A stretch of DNA of 64,000 nt from Octopus bimaculoides (taxonomy: Eukaryota): NCBI RefSeq assembly GCF_001194135.2, contig NC_068982.1:17466814-17530813 (forward strand), written 5' to 3'. Numbering within the stretch: position 1 is the stretch's first letter; each line of letters begins with the position of its first letter. This document shows, one piece after another, positions 12,406-24,885 of this stretch. The notes under the pieces are model-generated. The model was not told where the DNA came from. It saw nothing but the letters and a program-made list of their open reading frames with translations, and did not search any database. Both the position numbers and the translations under genes were made by a program.

Positions 12406-12853
12406 CAGGCATGCAACAGATGAGGAGATTGACAAAGGTAAACAATCTAGATTGACTTTTAGTTCTTGCACAGAATCAGTTTCTGTATTATTAGAAACAC
12501 AGAAGAGTACTCTATACACGACCGTGGCAGAAGTGTGTAGAATCTGGAAATATATCTCTACGAGCATTATTTAAAGTTTTACTCTAGATCAGTCAGAGTT
12601 CCACACAATTCCCTTGGCACGAAACTATCATAGGAAAGGAGGAGATGTTGGCTTGTAGTGCAATTGTTACGAAATTATCGGCACTGTCAGCCGGAGTTTT
12701 ATCCAGGATGTCAGGTAATTCCTTCTTAAAGTTATTTAATACAAATTTGGAGGCATATCTAAAAGCCGAGATGAGATGGAATTTTGGACTTTTAAAAACT
12801 ATTTTTGCCATGTAAAATAGGATTTTAAAGAAACCTCCATTTCTTTAAATTAG

Positions 12854-13172
12854 TTTATAAAAGAACTAAACCGATCCAAGGTCAAAAATTATATTTTTCA
12901 GTTTACTTCATTTTCTTCCTTTTGCTTCTGTTAAATATAGTTTGGTAATAAATGCAGAATTGTATTTCTTCGATGAGAATTGGCGAAAGTTGTTGTGCTA
13001 CAAGAGTCGTGTTTTATAAAAGAACTAAACCGATCTTAGGTCAAAAATTATATTTTTCAGTTTACTTCATTTTCTTCCTTTTGCTTCTGTTAAATATAAT
13101 TTAGTAATAAATGCAGAATTGTATTTCTTGGATGAGAATTGACGAAAGCTGTTGTGCTACAAGAGTTGTGCT
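12854..13172 (+). repeat. Tandem duplication, 2 x ~159 bp
   Basis: aagaactaaaccgatc begins at 12861 and again at 13020. The units differ by only a few substitutions. Confidence 0.9.
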
Positions 13173-13659
13173 TTAAACAGATTTAATGCAACGCTTTATA
13201 TTGATGTTATAAGCTTGATGTCTTCTTTATTTTTACATTAAACAAAAAGTTTATGACAAAGCCTTCCCTTCACCATAAAGCAGAGGTATACATTGCTATA
13301 GTTGCGTATAAATCTAGTTAATAGTAAATTATATGTCATATAGACATATTTAAGCATCATACTGTCAAGTACTGCTTAATGATGGTTCAGTTGAACCATA
13401 GTCGAAATGCGTGGATCACAGGAAAATGTTTATCGATTTAGAGACAGGATTTTCCTCGTTAATCTCGATTTTTATCCTATCGTAACGACAGGAGTGTTTT
13501 AAAAGATGCTTGTACTGTTTCTGGGCTTTTAAAAACATTCTTGTCGTTTCAGATGTCACCGAATCAAATTCTTTTCGTCCCATTACCTTTCTGAGTTCGA
13601 ATCCAAAATTGACTATAGTTTTCATTCTTTTGGGGTTGATAAAATAATTCACCTGTTAA

Positions 13660-14270
13660 ATACTGGGGCCTATATGATTTGCTATATCCCTTCCATAAAA
13701 TGTATCGTCTCGTACCTTTGTTAGAAATAAATTTTCCGCGATATTATTGTATTCTAGTGTACAACCACGCCTAGAACACTGTTTCCCCATGTGGTCTACC
13801 CACATCAACCAAAACATTACGAGAACTGAATTACCCCAACAGCAATCATTAAATAAATAAAAGGAATGACTGATCTGGATTATTGGGACCGCCTTAAAAG
13901 ATTGAATGTTTATTCTCTCCAGCGCCGCCGTGAGCGCTACATCATTTGCGTAATGTAGAGAACAAACCACCAGCATTGCCCATACGACCTTAACATTAGA
14001 TTCAGAATTCATCCAAGACTGAGGCCACATATCACATGCTCAGGTCTACAATTCAGGTCCACATGACATAAATTCACTGTAATATAATTTCTTTTCCTCC
14101 ACAGGGCCTGCTCTATTTAACATTATCCAGAAACAAATCGAAGGAAAAAATTCGATCACCTTCAAATGCAACGCAGACAAATTTCTTCAAATTTCTTCAA
14201 GAGATACCAGATAAGCCACCTATACTCGGATACGTCTCTGTCAACATCAACTCCCTACTTGAATGAAGCA
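13660..14270 (+). mobile_element. CR1/Crack-like LINE, degenerate 3' end of ORF2
   Basis: Frameshifted fragments read GMTDLDYWDRLKRLNVYSLQRRRERYIICV, FSSTGPALFNII and FLQEIPDKPPILGYVSVNINSLLE*, typical of the C-terminus of CR1-group ORF2. Confidence 0.8.
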
Positions 14271-14446
14271 TGATACCACGAAACTTGATTTTAAAATGAC
14301 TTAACAGATCCTATCAGGTGATGCTATCGAGTCAGTCAGACATGGCTTGGGACCAATCTTTGGTCGAAATATATCTAAATTATTTAAGTTATCTATTTGT
14401 GTTTGTTATGTCTCAACGCTACTGCTATCTAGCACCTTCGGATGAT

Positions 14447-14523
14447 CTCTACTCAACCGCTACACAACTGCTACTCGACTGCTACTCGACTGCTACTCGA
14501 CTGCTACTCGACTGCTACTCAAC
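14447..14523. repeat. 11-bp minisatellite (ctgctactcga)n
   Basis: About 6 imperfect units are directly visible. Confidence 0.9.
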
Positions 14524-15621
14524 CCTCCTACCACGGCCAGACTACTTCTATTTATATGTCTTGGGAGCTCCTACTTCTTTGCCTGGGGGCATCGACACAA
14601 CAGTGTTGAACAGTACATCTCTACTGAAAGAGAAATATTTTGTACTTGTTTGCCTCCGGGCCAGTCTTAAGCGAGAAGACCTACGGCCAAGCGCGTTCCA
14701 GCAATGACCATGCCGATATTTTCCAGGCTGATGTATCATTTCCCACTATCATTTTTTTTTTTTAATACAATATAGCATATGATAAGACCGATATTTGGCT
14801 GCGATTTCTAACAAGTCTTGTGAGCACGTAAAGGTTCCTCACCACTGATTCGAAGAGAACTGCGTTTATCCTTTCGCTTACTCTCTTCGAAGAGTTTGTG
14901 TTTACGACGTTCATAGAGTGTTTGGACTTTGAGTATATATATATATATATATATATGTTTATGTATGCACAGATCATTTAATGACAATTTTAAATGAATC
15001 GAATCTTTGCAGCATTCATGCGTAATAATGCAAAAGTGTTTTACTTTCCTAACAGCAAAAAAAAAAAAAAAAAAAATAAAATAAAATAAAAACAAAAGAA
15101 AAGAAAAGAAGTCAACTCTACATCTGAAAGGAACCGAATCATGACATTTTACTCAATTACTAGAACGTTAAAGTGCCGCTAATTGTGGAAAAATGTTCAA
15201 TAGTTCACATTCATAAGTAATTACTTTATCTGCTATGTAAACGCTGACATGTGATTAGCTATTTCTGAAGCATAGATCTTGAAAATTTCTAAAAGAATGA
15301 ACACGAGATGAGAATCTGCATAATGTCAAGGAACTAACACTCGGATTTACTGAGATATATTGAAGCAGCTTTTAACGGTACACATATACGCGCGCGCATA
15401 CACACGCATAAACACACACACACGTACACACGCACACACACACACACATACACGTACGCACAGACACACATGCACACACACACGCATGCACGCACGCACG
15501 CACGCACGCACGCATACACACAAAGACAAGCACACACAGAGACACACACACAGACACACACAGAGACACAGACGCTTTGATAAATATTGCTATTAATGTA
15601 TATATATATATCTATATCTAT

Positions 15622-15672
<51 letters not shown>

Positions 15673-16229
15673 NNNNNNNNNNNNNNNNNNNNNNNNNNNN
15701 NNNNNNNGGTCTATGTATACAAGTATGAATGCGTGTATGTATGTATGTATGTATGTATGTATGTATGTATGTATGTATGTATGCATGCATGTATGTATGA
15801 GTGTGTGTGTGTGTGTGTGTGCATGCGATTGTGTGTGTACGTGTGCGTGTATGTGTGTGTTGTGTATTTGTGAGTGTGTGTGTGTGTGTTTTGTGAGTGT
15901 GTGTGTGTTTTGTGAGTGTGTTCTGGTTTTTATTTCACAAATTTCTCGCCTATATTGAGAGAGCCAGTTTCCAACCGAGAAACAAGGTTTTTTAAAATTG
16001 GAATTTAAACAACATCAGCTAGGGAGTTATGTATATATGTATGTACCTGAATGTATGTCTATCCACGCATACATACCCTTTCATGAGTGGATCAGTATGT
16101 TTGACTTAAGTGTGTGTCTAAATACGTATATTTGTATGTCCATGTATGCGTATATGTACAAACTACTTGCTAAATTTCCGAAATGTTTTGCATATTTTCA
16201 CAGTTCTATTATTATTTGTAACTGTAAGG

Positions 16230-16435
16230 AGGCGAGTTGGCAGAATTGTGAGCACGATGGACGAAATGTTTAGCGGTATTTTATCCGTCGCTACGTTCTG
16301 AGTTCAAATTGCACAAAGGTCGACTTTACCTTTTATCCTTTCGGGGTCATAAATTAAGTACCAGTTGAGTACTGAGGTCGATGTGATCGATTGTCCCCCT
16401 CCCCCAAATTTTAGACCTTGTGCCTATAATAAAAG
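16230..16435 (+). mobile_element. SINE family A
   Basis: ggcgagttggcagaatt...gttctgagttcaaatt...ggggtcataaattaagtaccag, with tail type 2. Confidence 0.8.
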
Positions 16436-16834
16436 ATTATTTGTAACTGTGATTTCCTAATCAGCCATGACCTTTCTGTTAAATAATGCTCAAGTTTTCA
16501 AGATTAATGTTGAGGAAATCGGTTACATAACAAAATACGCCAATAATCACAGCTAAAAATCTAAGGTTATAGTCCGGATGTGTCTGTTGACTTCTCATTA
16601 TTTCAACACAAATATTCTATTTTCTTTTATTAGCATTAACAGTATGTTAACGTCTGTTAGACAATTGATTTGTACTTTCATAAAGTCTTGTTTATTTCTT
16701 CTGTTTCAGATCCTTATCTCTGATCAGTTTTGATCACATTTTGCAGAGATTTGACAGGAAAATTTCATAAGTATTTTTTCATATTAAGAATGAATATGCC
16801 CTTTACATCATTTTAATCTTTAGGACTAAGTTTT

Positions 16835-16980
16835 CTTATTTCTTTATTGGCCACAAGGGGCTAAACATAGAGGGGACAAACAAGGACAGACAAAGGGATT
16901 AAGTCGATTACATCGACCTCAGTGCATAACTGGTACTTAATTTATCGACCCGGAAAGGATGAAAGGCAAAGTCGACCTGA
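16835..16980 (-). mobile_element. SINE family A, 5'-truncated, tail type 1
   Basis: cacaaggggctaaacatagaggggacaaacaaggacagacaaagggattaagtcgattacatcgac. Confidence 0.8.
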
Positions 16981-17306
16981 GTAAAAAAATTACGAATGTT
17001 AAAAAATAGTAAAAAATAGTACCATTCGTTATGTAAATAGATTAGATTGAATTAAATTAAATTAGATGTTCTTGTCAAGTCTTGCTTAATTGTTTGTCTT
17101 TCCTCAGTACTTTAACTTATACCTACTGACTCAAAGGGAAGCCACCTTTAGCAGCTTTGAACAAGGCAATCACATAACCAAAACTTCAACTGCTATTCAA
17201 ACTGGAATTTTGGTGACGCACCTATTTGAGCATTCAGAACGCATACCTATTAGTTTGACTCATTCTAAAGGAAAACTCCTCTTATTCTTTACATATATAC
17301 ATATAC

Positions 17307-17356
<50 letters not shown>

Positions 17357-17717
17357 NNNNNNNNNNNNNNNNNNNNNNNNNNNNNNNNNNNNNNNNNNNN
17401 NNNNNNNNNNNNNNNNNNNNNNNNNNNNNNNNNNNNNNNNNNNNNNNNNNNNNNNNNNNNNNNNNNNNNNNNNNNNNNNNNNNNNNNNNNNNNNNNNNNN
17501 NNNNNNNNNNNNNNNNNNNNNNNNNNNNNNNNNNNNNNNNNNNNNNNNNNNNNNNNNNNNNNNNNNNNNNNNNNNNNNNNNNNNNNNNNNNNNNNNNNNN
17601 NNNNNNNNNNNNNNNNNNNNNNNNNNNNNNNNNNNNNNNNNNNNNNNNNNNNNNNNNNNNNNNNNNNNNNNNNNNNNNNNNNNNNNNNNNNNNNNNNNNN
17701 NNNNNNNNNNNNNNNNN

Positions 17718-17756
<39 letters not shown>

Positions 17757-17758
<2 letters not shown>

Positions 17759-17918
17759 TGGGCTTCTTTCAGTTTTCTGCCTACCAAATCCACTCACAAG
17801 GCTTTGGTCGGCCCGAGACTATAGTAGAAGTCACTTGCCCAAGATGTCATGCAGTGGGACTGAACCCGGAACCATGTGATTGAGAAGCAAGTTTCTTACC
17901 ACACAACCACTCCTGCGC
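17757..17918 (-). mobile_element. SINE family B, 5' part
   Basis: Reverse complement of 7247-7410. Confidence 0.8.
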
Positions 17919-18099
17919 TTATGTCATGAATTTCGAAGTAAGGATATGAAATGATACACATATTGAATACTTTTTCTTTCGCTTGTATACACAACAATGT
18001 TATTAATTTTTCTTTTATTTGTTTTAGTCAAGAGAGGGCGCTGTACTCATGATCCGTTACAAGGGATCTGAAGGGATCAAATCGCAAACCCGGCTCGAA

Positions 18100-18390
18100 T
18101 ACCTGTATGAGAATGAACTCCGCTACAAGGTCCCGATGTGCCAAGTGGTGGCAAGGGTAACGACCAGCTTCGGTCATGAATGACCATGGGATTGCACCTA
18201 GAAAGTTCCCCTCCGAGGTACAAGTCCGGGGAAAGTTGTTTATGGAACACCAGCTGTCACCCATGTTATCCAAGAGAAAGGCAAAAGCCGATACATCTTG
18301 GCACCAGTGACATCGCAACTCATTTCTACAGATGAGGGAACTGGAGAAACGCGAGATAAAGTGTCTTGCTCAAGAACACAACAATGTCTG
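18100..18390 (-). mobile_element. CORE-type SINE with a different tail
   Basis: aagtgtcttgctcaagaacacaac is the reverse complement of the CORE-like gttgtgttcttgagcaagacactt. A similar block lies at ~52700-52800. Confidence 0.55.
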
Positions 18391-18615
18391 TATATGAAAC
18401 ATTTTTGTATGTCTGTGTCGGTATATATGCTTATTTCTAAATGATGAATAAAATATTTTTAGATTTTAATGCTCGGGTGACTTTTTTACGTTTTTTTCTT
18501 TGTCCCAAGTTTTGTCCCATTTTCTCTTGCTTTTTATCTCACATATATAATATTTGTAGTTAAATGTTAGACAATAAAATAGAGGAAACGAAAAAAAAAA
18601 AAGAAGTTCACTCAC

Positions 18616-19852
18616 CGATTGTTTTTGACCACTGTGCATGCGGTCGGTACATAGGATACATCTTTGGGAATCTTCTACTTGACCAAAGAGGTACAAACGT
18701 TATATTATAGTAAGCCATTGAGTTTTCTGGACACTGATCATCGTCTGCGTCTGTAGCCGAAGTTGTTGGTATTCGTTTGTCGGTATTAGTCGGTGTTGTG
18801 ACACCTTGTTTTGTTTCTTCCGCCCTTTCAGTTGTTTCTGTCGTCGGGGTTACTTTTACAGTCTGCTTTTTTGTTATTTCCGGTAATTCTTTCTTGCTAT
18901 CTGTTGTCCGAGTTTTTTCAGTTGTTTTAAGGGTTGTCTGGGGTTTCTGCGATGTCCGGGGAACTGTGTTCAGTTTTTCTGTTATTCTCTCTTTCAGAGT
19001 TGTCCGTGTTCTTTCAGTTGTTTGGGGTTTTTCGCTTGTTTGGGTTTCCTTTTTTTCCACTATCGTCTGTGTTGTCTTTTCTACTCTTTGTGTTTGAACG
19101 ACTTGCGATGTTTCGATTGTTTGAGGTTTTTCAGGTTTAGGGGTTGTTTGAGGCTTTCGGGTTTTAGAAGTTGTTTGAGGCTTTCGGGTTTTAGAAGTTG
19201 TTTGAGGTGTTTCAGTCTCTTTGGTTCCTTCAGTTGACTGAGCTTTTTGTGTAGTTTGAGTCGTCGGGACTTCTGTCGATGCAGTTGTCTGAGTTGTATA
19301 TGTTTCTGTTGTCAACTTGGTCCTTAACTCTTTCTGTTTTCGCTGTTGTTGTCGTTGATGAAATTTGTTGAGACGATCTTTAGGGCGTACTTTATCTGGT
19401 TCGTATTGCGTTGACTGAGCTCGATGTTTGGACACTGGCTGCTTGTCGGATGATTTTACCAGGGTTGCTGGTTTAGTAGACTGCTCATATTGATCAGATG
19501 TTTGATTCGGCTGTGAATACGATGTTGTCATCGTTATATTTCTGCTGGTAGCTGTACTATAAATAGTCTCAGCAGTTGTTGACGAAACACAGTGTACTCG
19601 ACACACGAAGTTTGAGAAAACACAGATAAGAACTGTCAACAACCAAAAACAATTGATTCTAGCATTAAAGTATCTATTATAAAGACAATCTTTCTTGTTA
19701 ATATTTCTATCAGATCCAAACTGGTGATTAATAGAAGTCTCATCCATATAATCTCCTTGGTAAAAAGACGAATTTCCACTCCAAGCGCTATAATTAAGTT
19801 CCACTTTAGTAGCGGTCAACCTTCCATTCATCTTTATTCTCTTACGATCCAT
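18616..19852 (-). CDS. SPON2: Spondin-2/mindin-like protein, first coding exon (N-terminal segment, hydrophobic stretch, mucin-like stalk, start of Spondin_N)
   Basis: 412-codon open frame ending CPENSMAYYNITFVPLWSSRRFPKMYPMYRPHAQWSKTIG, the mindin-type motif (human [40 protein letters not shown], recalled) rather than the F-spondin FPKDYPRRANHWS type. Donor GTGAGT at 18615. The first ATG (19852) has acaATGG context and an in-frame stop two codons upstream. An alternative ATG lies at 19747. Confidence 0.9.
19140..19215 (-). repeat. 27-bp coding tandem repeat (SKTRKPQTT)
   Basis: The plus-strand unit gttgtttgaggctttcgggttttagaa occurs twice, with a partial third copy. Confidence 0.9.
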
Positions 19853-19927
19853 TGTTCAATAATAAGGGTAACGAAGTTGTCTATGTTGTTGATAATGCCC
19901 TCAAATGGTTATTCCGATGTGTAATTT
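19853..19927 (-). other. 5' UTR part of the spondin exon, with upstream splice acceptor
   Basis: The minus strand reads ccccttttactttttgtcgtattttttttta-tag| ending at 19928. The following 75 nt contain no ATG and two in-frame stops before ATG 19852. Confidence 0.65.
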
Positions 19928-20418
19928 CTATAAAAAAAAATACGACAAAAAGTAAAAGGGGAACAAAGATCTGTTTATCAACTATTGTCTTTCATGTTAT
20001 TAGGCTGTCTGTTATCATAATTAAACAATTCAAAGAAAAATTCACAGTTGGTTTCGTTGTTTAATGTATTATATCTTAATTAGTAAGTTTATAATCAATC
20101 CCAGTGTTCCGTGTTGTTTAAACCAACTGACAGTAATTATCAGTACCGTATGTATGGATATATATGCTTATATAACACGCAAACACACACATAGACACGC
20201 AGCTCTCTCTTTATATATATATATGTGTGTGTGTGTGCGCGCGCGTGTGTGTGTGTGTGTGTGTATGTTTCTATGTGTGTATGAGTGCTGATAACGTGTT
20301 TGCGAGGTGAGATTATTGTGATATTTTTACTCTGATATTTTGCTATATCGTGTAACGAATATGTTTGATATTTGCTCAAGTAAGTTTCTCTTCCTGTATA
20401 TGTGTGTGTGTGTGTGTT

Positions 20419-20451
<33 letters not shown>

Positions 20452-21799
20452 GTGTTTGTGTGCGTGCGTGTGTGTGTGTGATCGTTAGTCTTTCACTGCT
20501 TTTCACGTAAACCATTGCCGGAAAATTCTTTATTTAGTACCATCGATGTTCTTTAACCTTAAACAAAAAAAAAAAGTGTGTATGTGTGATTTTGTAACTG
20601 GGTACATGTGTTAACGTGTGCGTGCATGTGTGTGTGTGTGTTTGTGTGTATGTGTCTGTGTCTGTGTGGATACATACATACATATATATTCATACATTCA
20701 TACATACTCACACACATGCACACACACACATATTCAGACACTCGTACATGCTTACATATTTTCACACATACACACACACACATATACACATACACACAGA
20801 CACACACACACACACACACACACAGATACACACACACAGATATACACACACACAGATACACACACACATACAGATACACACACACACACAGTCGCACTCA
20901 CACTCACACACATATTATAACACCACAAACTATCAGTCTGTCTATCTGTCTATTAAACATGCTGGCATATTATTATCATAAATATATGATCACATATCAT
21001 TCATTTATTTTCACCTGTGTAAAAGCAACAGCAAAACAAACGACTACAGCCATCAACATCATTCACTACACCATACAAAAAGAAAAAAAATGCATTCAGA
21101 TATAAAATTAAAATGTTCTGCGTTTAAAAAATTAATCAGTTGTCTTGAATTTCAATCATTACTTGTTGAAAAATATAGTTTATTGAGGAAGAATGGGCAC
21201 TTTTCTCCATCCACTATGTGGTTCGATCCCGCTAATACGATTACCGCCACTATCAACTTTATATTGCGTTCTCCTGAGATGGAGGTGTGGGTCTATTACT
21301 AAAATCCAGCAAAAAATCGATGGTACTACTGATAAACTCCGCCCTTCAAAATTATTGGCCTTGTGCCTAAGTCATAAGCAAAAGCGAGTTGGCAGAATCG
21401 TGAAGCGTCAGAAACACTTCTTTGAGGAATTTTTTCCCCCGGATTTTTACGTTCTGAGTTCAAATTCCGCCGAGGTCGATTTTGCCTTAGATTCTTTTGA
21501 GGGCCGATAAAAAATTAAGTAAGAGCCAAGTACTAGGATTGATGGCACCGACTAACACCTACTCTCTCAAATTTTCCGGTTTTGTTCCTATGTTATAAAA
21601 AAAAAAAAATTAAAAGAAATAATTATTTAATAGATTGGTCGAACGGTTACAGCACCGGACAAAATACCTCGCAGTTTGTGTTTCGAGTTGAAATACAATC
21701 AAGATGAACTTTGCTTCCGTATATCTTGAATCGGTAAATTAAAGTACTGGGGTGAAATTTAATCAACTAAGTTCATTCACGTCAAATTTTTGATTTAAT

Positions 21800-21850
21800 A
21801 CCTACATTAGAAATTATTATTATCATTTTTATTATTAGTATTATTATTAA

Positions 21851-21907
<57 letters not shown>

Positions 21908-22000
21908 ATTAGAAGCATTTATTATTTGTGTAATTATTATTAAATTAGAAGTATTTATTATTTGTGTAATTATTATTATAACTGTTATTATTATTATTAA

Positions 22001-22048
<48 letters not shown>

Positions 22049-22123
22049 TACTATTATTATTATTAAATTAGAAGCAGTTATCATTAGTGTTATTATTATT
22101 AATGTTATTATTATTATTATTAC

Positions 22124-22158
<35 letters not shown>
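21800..22158. repeat. (ATT)n tract with an embedded ~36-bp duplication
   Basis: aaattagaag(c/t)atttattatttgtgtaattattatt is repeated within the ATT tract. Confidence 0.9.
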
Positions 22159-22382
22159 GGGGTTTTTCTCCTCAAATTTAAATGCATGAAAAAAACAAAA
22201 AACAAAAACAAAAGTTCACTGACTTGATAAGTACACCACTCTCTTCTCTAGCACTGTATGTACCCTTCTTCTCTCATTCTTGTCTACAGTCTTAGCTTCC
22301 TTTCTCATCTCCTGCCTTATTTTCCACACGATAACATATACATTATATATATATATATATATAACTTATAAATAATGCTTAC

Positions 22383-22800
22383 GTAAACTCCTTGTTGTTG
22401 TTTTTTCTGTTTACTTTCTTCTTAGTCAAGCAACATTAAGTTCAGCTGTTGTGGATGTTCTTTTCGTTGTTATTGTTGATCTTGTCATCATTGTCATCCT
22501 CGTTACATCTTGATACTCCTCAGCAGATCAACATTTGTTTATAGTCAATAAAAATGTCTTGCTTCTCTTGCTCTGCGTTAATTAATAAAGCGATTTTAAT
22601 GTTGCTTCTGAAGGGGACGGCACAGCCTGTTGGCTTTTTATAAACTTTGCCTGTTACCACGTGACTGTAGTAGCGTAAGTTTGTTGGTCTAGTCTTGTCT
22701 GATCCAAGAGAGACATCGTTGTACCACCACTAGCCGACAAAGAGAGAAGAGAGAGAGAGGAAAAGAAAAAAACCCCCCAAAATAAAACAAAACAAAACAA
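22383..22800 (-). other. Candidate non-coding first exon of the spondin gene
   Basis: Donor-like GAGTTTAC|GTAAGC at 22382, in unique non-repeat sequence downstream of promoter-like motifs. The 5' boundary is a guess. Confidence 0.3.
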
Positions 22801-22825
22801 AACAAAACAAAACAAAAACAAAACG

Positions 22826-22935
22826 AAAATCCCGCCCCAGCTGACATTCAAACTGAAAAACAAACATATTCCAATCTTCTCACATACACCCGCCTGCATA
22901 AGAATGCTAATCGAGAACAGACAACGCACCTGCTA
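22826..22935 (-). promoter_or_regulatory. Candidate promoter (GC box, CCAAT, CACCC, E-boxes)
   Basis: cccgcccc at 22831-22838, cagctg at 22838-22843, ccaat at 22871-22875 and acacccgcc at 22886-22894 cluster in an otherwise AT-rich region. This is motif evidence only. Confidence 0.3.
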
Positions 22936-22958
22936 GAATACATACATACATACATACA

Positions 22959-23010
<52 letters not shown>

Positions 23011-23045
23011 TACATACAAACACATACATATATATACATATCTAT

Positions 23046-23153
<108 letters not shown>

Positions 23154-24519
23154 ATTTATATATATATATAAGAAAAAAAGAAGCCCATCTGGTAAATACT
23201 TAAAGATAAGCATACTTTATGCATGCGTGTGTGTATACGAGTTTATGTATGTACGTACGTATGTATGTATGTATGTATGTATGTATGTATGTATGTATGT
23301 ATGTATGTATGTATGTGTGTGNNNNNNNNNNTGTATGTATGTATGTATGTGTGTGTGCGTGTGTGTGTGTGTATATATTATTTACATGTCACTGTAACCA
23401 GCCTTATATTTATTTATTCATCTCTCTCTATTTATTTATCTATCTATTTATCATATATTTATTTACCTCTTCCCCTCTATCTACCTAGTTAGTTATTTAA
23501 ACTCTCGCTTTTTCCTTTTTTTCTCCACCTCTTTCTGAAACACACACACACACACACACACACGTATGCAGACTCAAAATTAAAACAGAAATGAACTAAA
23601 GGGAAGAACACAGTATGGTCAATAGCAGGAATTAGGAAAACAAAGACAAACGAAGTTTTACGACGTACTAAAGATAAATTCGTAGTTAATTTTAATTAAC
23701 CTGACTTCGAGAGAAGGTTAACAAACATATGAACAGTAATTTCAACCGGCCGATAAATGAAAAAGAGAGAATTTAGTATTATCCGGAATTAACATGCAAT
23801 TAAGGAAAAGACAATTCCTCTTTTTATGAAGACATAATGATAGTTGTGAACATGTGAACACGTTTCCATCTGAATAGGAGTCGTCAGCACAGCATTTGTT
23901 TTAGGTGACAGTAGCCAAACTTAAGACAAGTTTATATGTGTGTATATCTTTTGGAGAGTCTCTGTAAATCCGCACGTACATACTCCAAATTTATATACAT
24001 TTATATACACACAGAGAAAGTTTCAAGAACGCGCGCGCACACACACACACTCACATACAAACGCACACGTGTACACATACGCACACGCACACACGCTCTC
24101 TCTCACACACACACGCACACAGTTACACACACTCACACAGGTACACACACTCACACAGGTACACACACTCACACACATCTTTTGATATTTTGTATTTTAC
24201 TTGTTTTAGTCCTTAGACTGCGGCCATGATGGGGTACAGCCTGGAAGAATTTCAGTCGAACGAATCGAGAGAGAGAAAGAAAGGGGAGGTAAAGAGTGGA
24301 AGAACGAGAGATAACAAGTACTAAAAGAGAGGGGTAAGGGCCACAGCAAAGAGTAAGAGGAGGAGAGAAGTTAATGACAGACACGAACACATACACACAG
24401 CAACATACAATTTCACACTCACATATGTGTATGTATGAAGAATACGTATGTGTGTGTGTGTGATACAAGCACACATACACATATACACGTAGTACACGTA
24501 TCCCTTTCTTCTTTCTTGG

Positions 24520-24885
24520 GACTCCGTCGGTCACGAGAAGGGTCCCAGTTGATCCGATCAACGGAACAGCCGGCTCGTGAAATTAACGTGCAAGTGGCTG
24601 AGCACTCCACAGACACGTGTACCCTTAACGTAGTTTGCGAGGAGATTCAGCGTGACACAGAATATGACAAAGCTGGCCCTTTGAAATACAGGTGCAACAG
24701 AAACTGGATGAAAAAGTGAGAGAAAGTTGTGGTGAAAGAGTACATCAGGGTTCGCCTACCGGAGCCTTGTGGAAATTTATGTGTTTTCACTCAATAAACA
24801 CTCACAACGCCCGGTCGGGGAATCGAAATTGCGATCCTACGACCGCGAGTCCGTTGCCTTAACCACTGGGCCATTGCGCTTCCAC
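24520..24885 (-). mobile_element. SINE family C, full length
   Basis: Reverse complement of 27751-28138 (...ttaaccactgggccattgcgcttcc at the 5' end). Confidence 0.88.

Noticed and set aside
17311-17756. (GT)n and (CA)n facing each other across a gap (apparent inverted repeat)
   Set aside because: The gap hides the true structure; contig ends in this assembly routinely terminate in microsatellites.
18777-19237. Three plus-strand ORFs (106, 68 and 71 aa) rich in Val/Phe/Leu/Cys
   Set aside because: They are antisense shadows of the Thr/Lys-rich spondin exon; their composition is explained by the complementary codons.
19755-19757. Alternative acceptor (cttttaccaag) just before ATG 19747
   Set aside because: Weaker than the acceptor at 19928 (AAG, short pyrimidine tract). 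It is kept only as a possible minor isoform that would force the shorter N-terminus.
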